Virus record (IMG/VR): IMGVR_UViG_3300025372_000010
Span: 48,863 to 112,862 of that record
Direction: 5' to 3' (one strand)
Length of the DNA: 64,000 nt
Source of the DNA: a virus
Taxonomy: Duplodnaviria > Caudoviricetes
Position 1 is the stretch's first letter. Each line of letters opens with the position of its first letter. The notes below the pieces were generated by a model. That model made no database searches. It had not been told where the DNA came from and was given only the letters and a program-made list of their open reading frames with translations. Shown here piece after piece: positions 49,361 to 58,516 of the stretch. A program made the position numbers and the translations under genes.

Positions 49361-49669
49361 ATGGCTAAATACATAGGTATTAAAAAGGAAACTACTTTTC
49401 CTATAACCGTAGGAGGTAATACTCTTATCAGTTTACAAAAGCTATTATTATATGTTCTTGCTGACAAGTCAGAAGAAGAGATTAATAAAGCTTATGAAAA
49501 AATACTTAAACAAGAGTATGATGAAGACTGGTATGAGCACTATGCTTTCTTATCTTTTACAATTCATCAGATGGAAAAGAAAGCTTTTGAATTAGGTCTC
49601 ACTGTAGAAGAAGAAATGCCTGATCAGCCTACGTCAGGGGAAAGTTCACCTCTTCCCCAATCTGAATAG
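49361..49669 (+). CDS. Hypothetical acidic protein
   Basis: Fills the gap on the plus strand; TATCTTTG at 49338-49345 upstream. Confidence 0.7.
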   Translation: MAKYIGIKKETTFPITVGGNTLISLQKLLLYVLADKSEEEINKAYEKILKQEYDEDWYEHYAFLSFTIHQMEKKAFELGLTVEEEMPDQPTSGESSPLPQSE

Positions 49670-50039
49670 CAGCTTGAATAGCTAAAGATAATTCCTCTTT
49701 AGAACACTCTGCAAAGCTTTTAGCTAAGAAATACTCTTTGCCTGCCACTTCACGTGCTATACAAAGACCAGCTCTATCTTTTACTAGTATTTTCATATCT
49801 TCTACTGTCTCGCCAATATGTGTTGCTAAATGTTTTAGCATTACATGTAGCTTAGCGAGTTGTGGTAGAGTACCATCATCATGTTGTACTTCATAGAAGA
49901 ACTCTATAATACTTCCTTCCGGTGCTTTAGAAACAAATAGCTCATATTGCTTAGCTGTAGCTAAACTAGAAAACTCTAGCCGGCCATGTTTCTTAATCAT
50001 CTTACCGTTAAAATGCTGACTCATAATTAGATTGTTCAT
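49629..50039 (-). CDS. NinB/Orf-like protein
   Basis: T..QLAKLHVML..LA...GET.EDMK...KS.AECSKEEL pattern. Confidence 0.55.
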   Translation of the reverse strand: MNNLIMSQHFNGKMIKKHGRLEFSSLATAKQYELFVSKAPEGSIIEFFYEVQHDDGTLPQLAKLHVMLKHLATHIGETVEDMKILVKDRAGLCIAREVAGKEYFLAKSFAECSKEELSLAIQAAIQIGEEVNFPLT

Positions 50040-51141
50040 GTGTTACATCAAAGTACTTAATCTTCTTAGGGTCTAAATCTTTCAGAGCTTCTGTCACCCA
50101 CTTCTCATCCACTGTATTCTTATAACAGAGAATATTAATGTAGGCAGTGTCATCTGGATTTAGTCTAAGTAATCTACCGATTCTTTGACTTGACTTACGC
50201 TCATTACCATAAGCGTGCATAATAATACCTGCTCTTAAGTTAGGAATGTTAACACCTTCATTTAATTGTAGTACACAAGATAGTTTGTCTATCTCACCAT
50301 CTTTAAACATCTGTAGATTAGCTTCTGCGTTTTCATTACCTGAATGTACAGAATGCTCACATATTCTATCAGCTTGTTCTTGTGTATTACAGAAGACTAA
50401 GCACTTATCTTCTATCTCTGATAGTAGTTTCTTTGCATACTCTTCTTTAGTTTTGAAGTCCATTAGCACCCGCATTCTCATAACAGAGGCTATTTGCTCC
50501 TGTTTTTTACTAGTTGCATTCATTATTCTTGTAGACCAATACTCATAGTTCTTCCTTTCTGAAGTGAAGAACTTACTTTCTTTTAGTACTACAGGAATAT
50601 TATTAGTAGTAGACAATGGCATCCTATGTACTAATATTCTATAGTCATTCAGGATGTCATCGTCTACAGCATCATCCGTAATATATTTATACAGGATAGG
50701 ACAATACTTAAAAACCATTTGACCTTTCTCGCTCTGTATATATCTAGGAGGAGTGCCAGTTAAACCTAGCACTCTACCATTATACATTTCTAAAAAGATC
50801 TTGTGTGAATCTAGTAAACTGTGACACTCGTCAAAGATTACAAGATCATAGGTGTGCGGATTATATTTGTTTAGTGACAAATACGTAGTGAAGTCCACTC
50901 CATCTAAAGAGATGCCAAACTTATTAGCATCATCTTTCCAGCTATCAAATATAGATAGTTTTGGAGCAACTACTAAAACCTTTAGCTTACGCATATTAGC
51001 GTCTTGATAATGGTCTAGATACTTTAGTCCAATGAGAGTTTTACCAACCCCCATGGAAATTGATAAGCCTACTTTTCTATACTTTAAAGCTATTTCAAGA
51101 GCCTCATTTTGTATTTCATCTCTTGTTTTACGAGAAGTCAT
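50008..51141 (-). CDS. Superfamily 2 DExH helicase
   Basis: SMGVGKT, DECH, LTGT, EGVNIP, QRIGRLLR. Confidence 0.92.
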   Translation of the reverse strand: MTSRKTRDEIQNEALEIALKYRKVGLSISMGVGKTLIGLKYLDHYQDANMRKLKVLVVAPKLSIFDSWKDDANKFGISLDGVDFTTYLSLNKYNPHTYDLVIFDECHSLLDSHKIFLEMYNGRVLGLTGTPPRYIQSEKGQMVFKYCPILYKYITDDAVDDDILNDYRILVHRMPLSTTNNIPVVLKESKFFTSERKNYEYWSTRIMNATSKKQEQIASVMRMRVLMDFKTKEEYAKKLLSEIEDKCLVFCNTQEQADRICEHSVHSGNENAEANLQMFKDGEIDKLSCVLQLNEGVNIPNLRAGIIMHAYGNERKSSQRIGRLLRLNPDDTAYINILCYKNTVDEKWVTEALKDLDPKKIKYFDVTHEQSNYESAF

Positions 51142-51934
51142 ATTTCATAACTTTAAATTTTTTAAATAACAGTTTTGATTTAATCATTGCTCCTTTTACA
51201 GAGCCTTGATTACAACCTAATATTTTAGCTGCTTCCATTAAAGTAGGAAACACGTACTCTTCTAATGTTAATGTGTTTATTACTTTAACACATATACCAT
51301 CTGATCTAAAAGTTTTTTCAGAATAGCACGGTTCTTCTGGTCGTATCAAGAAATGTTGCTTATACCGTTTTCTTTTAGCTTTTTTAGAACGTAGATTTAC
51401 TGTATTATTTACTACGGACTGAGCATGCTTAAGTCCTGGATATAGTTCTTCTAATTTTTTAGCGGCTGCTCTTTCAGACTCATATTTACCAATACAATTA
51501 CAATCTGTATTATAAATAACTACTGGTTTTTTCTTATCATTATGTTTAGGATATTTAAGAAGACCAAGTCTTTTTTGTTCTTTTAAAGTAGCTGATATTT
51601 TAAGTCTAGACTCTAAAGAAGGAGTATTTCTAACAACTTCGGTAGTAATATTATAATCAGGTTTTAAGCTATCTATATATTTTTGCTCAACTCTTTGAAG
51701 ATCTGAAAAAACTACTTCCTCAAGTATAGAAACACTAAAAGCAGAAGATCCATACTTTAAATAACTGTTTTGTAAATAGGGATTAGCATGGCAGTTTCTA
51801 TTAAGCTCAGAATAATGTCTTTTTAATCTATAGTATATATTTTTACTACTACCTATGTAAATCTTATTGTTTACAGTATTAGTTATACAATATATACCAC
51901 AGATCTTAAGACCAAATGATTTAGGTATATTCAT
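51128..51934 (-). CDS. Free-standing GIY-YIG homing endonuclease
   Basis: GIYCITNTVNNKIYIGSS...R...H; EQKYID...YN; NUMOD1-like tail. Confidence 0.9.
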   Translation of the reverse strand: MNIPKSFGLKICGIYCITNTVNNKIYIGSSKNIYYRLKRHYSELNRNCHANPYLQNSYLKYGSSAFSVSILEEVVFSDLQRVEQKYIDSLKPDYNITTEVVRNTPSLESRLKISATLKEQKRLGLLKYPKHNDKKKPVVIYNTDCNCIGKYESERAAAKKLEELYPGLKHAQSVVNNTVNLRSKKAKRKRYKQHFLIRPEEPCYSEKTFRSDGICVKVINTLTLEEYVFPTLMEAAKILGCNQGSVKGAMIKSKLLFKKFKVMKYDFS

Positions 51935-51935
51935 A

Positions 51936-52070
51936 TTACATGTTTATACTACAAATATACAGCTTTTCTTTTGTTTTTACAAACAAACCCATAGATATAC
52001 CTAAACCACATCTTTTGTGCCCTATAGCAATCTTTAAGGCTTCTTGTTGGATTTCTTCTCTTTTAGACAT
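51936..52070 (-). pseudogene. Orphaned 5' fragment of the SF2 helicase gene
   Basis: MSKREEIQQEALKIAIGHKRCGLGISMG aligns with the helicase N-terminus RDEIQNEALEIALKYRKVGLSISMG, then diverges and stops at 44 aa. Confidence 0.8.
51952..51983 (-). promoter_or_regulatory. Bacteroidota sigma-A promoter
   Basis: TTTG-N20-TATATTTG, a full -33/-7 consensus. Confidence 0.7.
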
Positions 52071-52381
52071 TATAAAGTTGTTTGTTGTTCAAGAGCATCT
52101 TTGAAAGCCTTAGCTAAATAATACGTATCAATGTTTTGATAAGCTTGATAGATAGTTCTAAGACTACTCATTACATCGTTATCTGCAAATCTAATAACAT
52201 TATATAAGTTATTAGCTAAGAAAGCTTGTATAAAGCTTCCACCGTGGTTAACAATCTTATCTCTGTGTAACAATAGATTGATAATAATATCTTTTACATG
52301 ATCTGTGATCGTGTAGTTATTTCTTTTAGCCCATTCTGTAACCAGAAAGTCGTAAGATTCATTTAGTTTTTCTAAAGTCAT
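52070..52381 (-). CDS. Hypothetical protein
   Basis: 103-aa ORF; GGSFIQAFLANNL. Confidence 0.65.
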   Translation of the reverse strand: MTLEKLNESYDFLVTEWAKRNNYTITDHVKDIIINLLLHRDKIVNHGGSFIQAFLANNLYNVIRFADNDVMSSLRTIYQAYQNIDTYYLAKAFKDALEQQTTL

Positions 52382-52390
52382 ATGTTATTT

Positions 52391-52723
52391 TTAAATAGTT
52401 ATAAATACTTTAAAGTCATCTTTATAGAAATCTTCAACAGTTAAGTTAAAGCTAGATAACTCTTTATTAATAAATATTAAGTGTCTACTACGAATAGTTT
52501 CTTTTGCTTTTTCAATAAGCTCAGGAGTAGATTTATATTCAGGAGATACATAAACACTATACCAGCAACGTTTTTTATTAAGTATAACACTTCCTCTAAG
52601 AGTTACATATCTTTTACTCTTATTTTTTGAGTCTTTTAGTATATTTATCCTAAAAGTACTATCAAGCTTTTTATAAGCAGCCATTATAGCTCCTACTTTA
52701 ATAGTTTTTTCAATTACATCCAT
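52391..52723 (-). CDS. Hypothetical basic protein
   Basis: 110-aa ORF. Confidence 0.55.
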   Translation of the reverse strand: MDVIEKTIKVGAIMAAYKKLDSTFRINILKDSKNKSKRYVTLRGSVILNKKRCWYSVYVSPEYKSTPELIEKAKETIRSRHLIFINKELSSFNLTVEDFYKDDFKVFITI

Positions 52724-52748
52724 AATTATTGATTTTTAGCTACTTTAA

Positions 52749-53141
52749 TTAGTTATTTAATCGTGATTCAGATAAGCCAAGCTCTTTAGCTGCATCAGGG
52801 TTTTCTTCTACCCATCTATGGCAACTACGACATAATGCTTTCCACTTAGAAATGTTGAGATAGTTATCTCCCACTCTTCCTGCAGTGTGATGTACATCAG
52901 TTGCTTTAGTTGTGCATCCTAATAGTTTGCCTTGACAGTTTGGATTAGCTATTAAGAATAGATTTCTCTTTACAGAGTATTCATCCATTTCTACCTGCCT
53001 CTTTTTAGAGACAGGAGAAATAGACTTAGGTTTATCTATACTATACCAGCATTCTTTGCAATACTTATCTTTACCGTGTGACTTCCAGATGTGTTTTTCA
53101 AGACTACATCCTGCACATTTTTTAAGCTTTGGTTGTATCAT
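52749..53141 (-). CDS. HNH-like zinc-binding nuclease
   Basis: CAGC, CKEC, DVHH..GR, LCRSCH. Confidence 0.7.
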   Translation of the reverse strand: MIQPKLKKCAGCSLEKHIWKSHGKDKYCKECWYSIDKPKSISPVSKKRQVEMDEYSVKRNLFLIANPNCQGKLLGCTTKATDVHHTAGRVGDNYLNISKWKALCRSCHRWVEENPDAAKELGLSESRLNN

Positions 53142-53650
53142 GTGTTAAAAAAGGTTTGCGGTAACAATCTTGCTTCTACAAGAGATGTTGCTATTTGCTT
53201 AAGACTAATACCAAGTTCTCTAAAAGAGAACTCAGACATATCAATAGACGCATCATACCCGTTAAACTCTTTCATCTGTTTAACTATAGGTGAATGCGGA
53301 AATAGCTTATCTAAGAAAGAATCAATAGATTTATTCATGACATCTTGTTTAAGCTTGTCTATTACTTTTTGGGCTTTCTTATAAGCCATGGTGATTTTAC
53401 TCTTCTTAGTGTAAGACATCTTTTCTACTTTCTCATAAGGATAAGCAGCAAATCCGTACATTACTCTTTCAAGGAGCATGTGTTGTTTTTCTGTTAGTGG
53501 TTCCTCCACTACTAGTTTTTGATACTTTGTTGTACCATTCAGCTGCACACTTTGTACATATTCAATGTGTTGACGCTTCTTAGCATCATTGTAGGATATT
53601 ACTATCCCTTTAGGTCCAGCTGACACGATTTTGTTAGCATTGTAACGCAT
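53138..53650 (-). CDS. Hypothetical protein
   Basis: 170-aa ORF. Confidence 0.7.
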   Translation of the reverse strand: MRYNANKIVSAGPKGIVISYNDAKKRQHIEYVQSVQLNGTTKYQKLVVEEPLTEKQHMLLERVMYGFAAYPYEKVEKMSYTKKSKITMAYKKAQKVIDKLKQDVMNKSIDSFLDKLFPHSPIVKQMKEFNGYDASIDMSEFSFRELGISLKQIATSLVEARLLPQTFFNT

Positions 53651-53704
53651 GTGTTGATTATATTAAGGATGATAAATATACGAAATATTGATGAGATAAT
53701 AAAC

Positions 53705-53734
53705 AAAAAAGGAGCCTAATTAAAGGCCCCTTTT
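53705..53734 (-). terminator. Intrinsic terminator
   Basis: AGGGGCCT...AGGCTCCT followed by a T tract. Confidence 0.6.
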
Positions 53735-53746
53735 GTGCTTAACAAA

Positions 53747-54211
53747 CTATAAATTCACATCATCTAAACTCGAGATTTCTCGCTGTGCTGCTAAGACTTC
53801 TTTGATCTCTTGTCTACAAGACTCATCGTGATCAATAAGCTCATCAGTAGCATTCATATTAGTTGTGTAAAAGGTCTGACGATAGATGGGTTGATCATCT
53901 ACTCTGCAGATAATGCCAGTCTCACCAGCAATCTTAAGATCTCTCTCAGGATTATCTAGATTGAATGGTCTTAATGACTCATGAACTACAATCTTACCAG
54001 GTAGCTCTAAGCCATCTTTAAATTCAGCATCAAGAAGGTCTTTTACTTTACCTTTGATTAATGCATAACGCTTAGCGTTTCTTAACCAACCTTGGTGGTT
54101 GATTACCATTACATTTTGTTCTACTCGAACAAAACCATACTCAGGATTGTTCTGTGACATCCCGATAATGTTGCCTAGTTTATCGGCAACTACTTTTACA
54201 TGAGTACTCAT
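53747..54211 (-). CDS. Hypothetical protein
   Basis: Likely start MSTHV; beta-rich. Confidence 0.7.
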   Translation of the reverse strand: MSTHVKVVADKLGNIIGMSQNNPEYGFVRVEQNVMVINHQGWLRNAKRYALIKGKVKDLLDAEFKDGLELPGKIVVHESLRPFNLDNPERDLKIAGETGIICRVDDQPIYRQTFYTTNMNATDELIDHDESCRQEIKEVLAAQREISSLDDVNL

Positions 54212-54230
54212 GATTGTTGGTTTTAAAAAT

Positions 54231-54261
54231 AAAAAGCCCAGAGACAAGGAGTCTCCAGGCT
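54231..54261 (-). terminator. Intrinsic terminator
   Basis: AGCCTGGAGAC...GTCTCTGGGCT followed by TTTT. Confidence 0.6.
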
Positions 54262-54282
54262 AAATAATAAGATTTATTTATA

Positions 54283-54534
54283 CTATTCTTCTGTATTGAA
54301 GTCTGCGTCTAATTCGTTGATCTTATCGATCTCAGGGAATTCAGTTAAATCAGGAAGAATATCTACTACATCATCTTTAGGTGCTTGCTTTACTAATACA
54401 GAGCCAAACCATGGATCTTCTACTACATCTCCATAGTTGTAAGCGATTAAATACTCAAGCTCTTCGTCTGACATTTCTAGATATTGTTCCGTACTTATCT
54501 CAATTGCCCTTCCATTGGGTAGTTGATATAACAT
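54283..54534 (-). CDS. Hypothetical acidic protein
   Basis: Likely start MLYQLPNG. Confidence 0.65.
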   Translation of the reverse strand: MLYQLPNGRAIEISTEQYLEMSDEELEYLIAYNYGDVVEDPWFGSVLVKQAPKDDVVDILPDLTEFPEIDKINELDADFNTEE

Positions 54535-54628
54535 ATGATATTGAGTGTTTCTTAACATAAAGCTATGAAATACAATCGATTCTATGCATATAATTACCAA
54601 TAATGACAAAAATAAACGGATTATAGAG

Positions 54629-54805
54629 CTATAACAGATTAGTTACAGCTGCTTTTTTCTTATGATACATCTTTTTCTTCCAATAAGCATTAGTACGATT
54701 GATCTCGTCTTGCTTTCTCTCAATCTTTTCCTTAAGCTCTTGGTTTTCTCTTTCAAGATCTTTTACTCTTTTATAGGGGAACAGAGTTACTAATGATTTA
54801 ATCAT
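54629..54805 (-). CDS. Small coiled-coil protein (58 aa; not in ORF track)
   Basis: MIKSLVTLFPYKRVKDLERENQELKEKIERKQ...; overlaps the upstream stop. Confidence 0.55.
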   Translation of the reverse strand: MIKSLVTLFPYKRVKDLERENQELKEKIERKQDEINRTNAYWKKKMYHKKKAAVTNLL

Positions 54806-55379
54806 ACTTTTTTGGGTTTAAAAACTTTTTATACAATCCAGTAAACCTACCACTTACAGGTTTTTCACCAGCGTCAATCATTTCTACTAGTTCTATAATA
54901 TCAATAAATGCACCATCTGAATTAACTTGTTTACCGTTTCTTTTTAGTTCGTAAACATAACAATCATTATGTGTATCACTCTCAATAGAGATAATAACAA
55001 CTTCTTTTTTGATAGGTAGTTCTTTGTAGTCATCAACTTCTGGATCAAAATCATCTACATGGGCTTCTCTAAACCAACCTTCGGCTGCCCATGCAACGCC
55101 TTGAGGTTCAAAACGCTTATTAAGCTCCACTGCAATCTCAGGTATCATCTTGTTCACAAAGAGATCTTTACCTCTTTCTGAGTCCATGAATTTACTTGGT
55201 ACAGGGATGTGGATAATAGCGTTTTTTTCTATTTTTGAATCTTCTTCAGACTCGTCATCATCAGAACGCTTTACAGCAAATACTGTAACGTGTGGTTGTA
55301 AGCCACCTGTTTCTGATATAATACTTTTAATGTTTTTAAGGTACTCTCCCTTAATGTCTTGATAATACTCTTCAGTCAT
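54798..55379 (-). CDS. Hypothetical protein
   Basis: 193-aa acidic ORF. Confidence 0.7.
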   Translation of the reverse strand: MTEEYYQDIKGEYLKNIKSIISETGGLQPHVTVFAVKRSDDDESEEDSKIEKNAIIHIPVPSKFMDSERGKDLFVNKMIPEIAVELNKRFEPQGVAWAAEGWFREAHVDDFDPEVDDYKELPIKKEVVIISIESDTHNDCYVYELKRNGKQVNSDGAFIDIIELVEMIDAGEKPVSGRFTGLYKKFLNPKKYD

Positions 55380-55391
55380 AACTGATTGTTT

Positions 55392-55967
55392 TTAATCCCA
55401 CCAATCGGCAGAATATCGTTTAAGAATCTCAAATATAAGATCGTCAGCTTTTTTTTGACGTATATGACACATAAAGTGTGACAGTGCATCTTTGTCATTA
55501 AAGTGAGGATATGTAGGATAGTTCTTTTTAACAGCTCTTGCAGCACTAGGATATTTCTTAATATAATCATCTAGTCTTTCTGACTTATATCCGTCTGCAA
55601 ATAGCTCATATAAATCATCTGGTAAGTTTAAATAATCATACTTCTCCATTTGATAATACTGTGCATGTCTTCGCTCTAAAAGATTAAGAACTACTGTCAT
55701 CCAATAGTTATCCCTATCTATATTGACGTGTCTATTAGCTCTTACTAAAGCCTCTCGTTGGTGTTCTATTTTCTTCTGCAGTAGCTTTGTAATAAAGTAA
55801 TGATCCCAATCCTTATCTTTGTAGATGGTGGGAACCCATCTAATTATATTCCAAACACCTTGAAAGAAATATCTTATTCTCCAATGAACATACTTACCCC
55901 ATTTAAATCTTGTACTATCCCAAGCTGAGTCTTTTGGGATTGGTAGTTTAGTATACTGTTTCATCAT
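55392..55967 (-). CDS. Hypothetical protein
   Basis: 191 aa; W.P.IYKDKDWD...WWD phage-type motif. Confidence 0.7.
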   Translation of the reverse strand: MMKQYTKLPIPKDSAWDSTRFKWGKYVHWRIRYFFQGVWNIIRWVPTIYKDKDWDHYFITKLLQKKIEHQREALVRANRHVNIDRDNYWMTVVLNLLERRHAQYYQMEKYDYLNLPDDLYELFADGYKSERLDDYIKKYPSAARAVKKNYPTYPHFNDKDALSHFMCHIRQKKADDLIFEILKRYSADWWD

Positions 55968-56223
55968 CTAGATGTTTAGCTAGTACTCTAAATTGTTTAG
56001 CATGCTCTTTAGTGAGTATAAATTCATCCCAGTCTCCATATCTAGATGTATGACCAAAGATATACTTTATACCATGTACTAATCTTTTGTACCAAGGTGT
56101 CCAGTCTGTTAAATGTACATGCATATATACAACAGGATCTTCTCCATCAACATCTGCATGAAATATAACTTGATGCTCATCGCTGCGACAATCGCATAGC
56201 ATTAATGTTGTTTCTTCACTCAT
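55948..56223 (-). CDS. Hypothetical protein
   Basis: CDC...H; KYIFGH.SRYG.WDE. Confidence 0.65.
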   Translation of the reverse strand: MSEETTLMLCDCRSDEHQVIFHADVDGEDPVVYMHVHLTDWTPWYKRLVHGIKYIFGHTSRYGDWDEFILTKEHAKQFRVLAKHLDDETVY

Positions 56224-56225
56224 TT

Positions 56226-56411
56226 TTATATTTTTTGTTTATACCAGTCGTTTATATCACTAATACCAACTATAATAAAGTTAGTAAATAGTAGTAGTAC
56301 AACTATAAGAGCTCTACCGTTTAATGCTATATTGTCACCATTAACGATAAAAAGAGCTAATAGTATATATATTATACTACCAACTATGTGTGCAAATAAT
56401 CCTTTGTTCAT
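56226..56411 (-). CDS. Small two-TM protein
   Basis: Two hydrophobic helices. Confidence 0.6.
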   Translation of the reverse strand: MNKGLFAHIVGSIIYILLALFIVNGDNIALNGRALIVVLLLFTNFIIVGISDINDWYKQKI

Positions 56412-56414
56412 AGG

Positions 56415-56702
56415 TTATTTGTTTTGGTTATATAATCCATCATTTTCATCTTCTTTCATAATGTCTATGATGTGTTGCTTTGTGTTATAGGTTTGGTTGT
56501 AGTAATAATTGCCGTTATCTTTTTCTTCATCTTCATTAGTATAATCATTTGAGCCAACAACGCAACCAGTGCTATATCCTTTTTCCCAAGTATATATTAT
56601 CTGCTCTTTTTCTTTTTCAAGTGCTTCTTGAAATACACCAGACGGTATTGTTTCACCACGGTCAACATACTGTTCTTTTAACCACTGTACTGCTGTTTTC
56701 AT
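56415..56702 (-). CDS. Hypothetical protein
   Basis: KTAVQWL...EKEKEQII...YYNQTY. Confidence 0.65.
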   Translation of the reverse strand: MKTAVQWLKEQYVDRGETIPSGVFQEALEKEKEQIIYTWEKGYSTGCVVGSNDYTNEDEEKDNGNYYYNQTYNTKQHIIDIMKEDENDGLYNQNK

Positions 56703-56862
56703 AGGTTATCTATTTGTTTTAATAAACTATATACACACATGAATACAAATGAAAATAATAAAGAGACACATGTTGTTATAGGATATGTTATCCCTGCTAA
56801 GATAATTATACCAACCGATATGGTTATACATATAGTAATCCAAAGTGCTTTTAGTTTTAGCT

Positions 56863-57132
56863 TCATGATTGTGATTTAAAGTAGTGATCAATAATATCTT
56901 TAGTAGATACATCTCTACGCATAGAGTCTTGCCAGCCAAAGCAGAAGTCTTGATCTATGTGTGTAGAATAATGTTTTAATAACCAAGTAGTATATACACC
57001 TAATTGACGAGTGTTTGCTTCTTTCTCTTTTTCCTTAGCTTGTTTAATCTCATCTTGACAAGTGTTGAGGATTGCATTCTTGAATCTCTCTGGTAGGTTT
57101 TCTATAAACCAATCTAATGGTGATTGTTCCAT
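56863..57132 (-). CDS. Hypothetical protein
   Basis: QSPLDWF...QAKEKEKE, similar N-terminus to 56415-56702. Confidence 0.6.
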   Translation of the reverse strand: MEQSPLDWFIENLPERFKNAILNTCQDEIKQAKEKEKEANTRQLGVYTTWLLKHYSTHIDQDFCFGWQDSMRRDVSTKDIIDHYFKSQS

Positions 57133-57135
57133 AAG

Positions 57136-57354
57136 TTATTTTTTAGGTCTTTTGAATCTAAATGAATCTAATATTACCAAAGGTACAAAGAAAGGAGCTA
57201 GAATAAATGCCGGTAATAAAAAAGCCACTACATCTAATAGAGTGTAATACTCCATATCATGACCTCGTCTCTGAGACGGGTTCTTTATCAACCAATACAC
57301 TCCATATACGGTTGTTGCTATCCAGTAAATTAATATTACTTTAATCATGTGCAT
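57136..57354 (-). CDS. Small membrane protein
   Basis: Two hydrophobic segments. Confidence 0.6.
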   Translation of the reverse strand: MHMIKVILIYWIATTVYGVYWLIKNPSQRRGHDMEYYTLLDVVAFLLPAFILAPFFVPLVILDSFRFKRPKK

Positions 57355-57663
57355 AGCTTTTAAAATACTGCTTAATACTCCACCAGATTATTTTTCTGAG
57401 AGCTTTGCGTTGGTCTTTCTTAGGTTTTGTAAAGAAAACCTGATAGACTTTGAATACTGGATCCATAGTTCTTCAATGATTTGTATGCCTGCCATGATAG
57501 CCAAAGCCACATATGCTAAGCAGAAGATGATGTAAAAACCGACTAGATATATTATCTGTCGTTGATGTACTTTGAAAGTACTTTCGTTACGATTGTTTTT
57601 AGGATTTCCCATACAATAATAGTTAGGATAATTAATTTCATAGTTTTGTAAAGATAGTGAAAT

Positions 57664-57692
57664 AAAAAAGCCCAGTGTAGAAACACTAGGCT
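57664..57692 (-). terminator. Intrinsic terminator after tmRNA
   Basis: AGCCTAGTGT-TTCT-ACACTGGGCT followed by TTTTT. Confidence 0.75.
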
Positions 57693-57718
57693 GTATTAAT
57701 CAAAGTAGAAGCTGTGGA

Positions 57719-58143
57719 GGTGGACCCGTTGGGAGTCGAACCCAAGTCTTGATAAGTACCAATAATACCATTCTTACATGCTTAGATCTATTTGATATAG
57801 GAGTTTGCTGTAGCGTATCCTATGTTTCAAGCTTGCGTATTTACTACAGTCCGAAGCTTCATCTTAATCAGTAGTTGGGATCGCAGGTCAGTGCTATCTA
57901 CCACCACTCTGTTTTATGACTACAGAGAAAACGCTTGTAACTTTCTGTTTCGAGGTTGTTACCACCCAGTTGCCCTTAAGCTGCAATAGCTACAGGAGCG
58001 AAAGCCATAGCAATGATGCTAGCACCTTCTGCAACACGCTCAGATTGACTCTTTACGGTTATTTTTCGATAGATTGTTTAGACTCTACCAGTCTTTGCAT
58101 GTGATACTACCTGTCTCATATCAATCAATTCCAGGGCGGGCCC
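57719..58143 (-). ncRNA. ssrA: tmRNA
   Basis: Acceptor GGGCCCG/CGGGUCC with G3:U70; T-arm UUGGG-UUCGACU-CCCAA; tag frame 57976-58056 ending VAIAA-stop. Confidence 0.92.
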
Positions 58144-58152
58144 AGAATATCA

Positions 58153-58247
58153 GCACGACCGGAGGAATCGAACCTCCATTGCTAGCTCAGATATTCATAC
58201 TATATATAACACCTGGTTTGCAGTTTTACCATTAAACTATAGTCGTA
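58153..58247 (-). ncRNA. tRNA-like RNA 1 with aberrant extended anticodon arm
   Basis: ACGACU/GGUCGU stem, D-arm UAGUUUAAUGGUAAAAC, T-arm GGAGG-UUCGAUU-CCUCC; no canonical anticodon loop. Confidence 0.65.
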
Positions 58248-58411
58248 TAAAACAGTTGTTAAGCACAACTGTGGAAAGCCAACTATTTGTAGGGGTTGCC
58301 TAACAGGTTGTCAACCTAGTAATACGTGCATGCATACCAAATAATCCATGTAGTAACTACTTCTACTTGCTATTATTCAGGACGGAACTAGTAGCTCGTT
58401 AAGCTACGCCA

Positions 58412-58512
58412 GGGAGGATTCTAGGTATCGAACCTAGCTAAAACAGCTTAAGTATTCATATACTTTTGCAGGGTATATAATACTTAGATATTATAGTTCC
58501 ACAATATCCTCC
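58412..58512 (-). ncRNA. tRNA-like RNA 2 with 14-bp anticodon-like arm
   Basis: GGAGGAU/AUCCUCC, T-arm CUAGG-UUCGAUA-CCUAG, long stem capped by CUGCAAA. Confidence 0.6.
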
Positions 58513-58516
58513 ATGT

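Noticed and set aside
51049-51986. Group I intron or intein in the SF2 helicase
   Set aside because: Only about 50 non-coding nt, no P/Q/R/S elements, no in-frame fusion; the downstream helicase has its own complete N-terminus.
57388-57612. 74-aa ORF downstream of the tmRNA terminator
   Set aside because: It competes with a 29-aa ORF in another frame that has a better leader; I could not decide between them, so neither is annotated.
57916-58104. 62-aa plus-strand ORF
   Set aside because: Antisense to the tmRNA.
58412-58512. Functional tRNA-Cys(GCA)
   Set aside because: The anticodon stem is about 14 bp and the D-arm is non-canonical; reported as tRNA-like instead.
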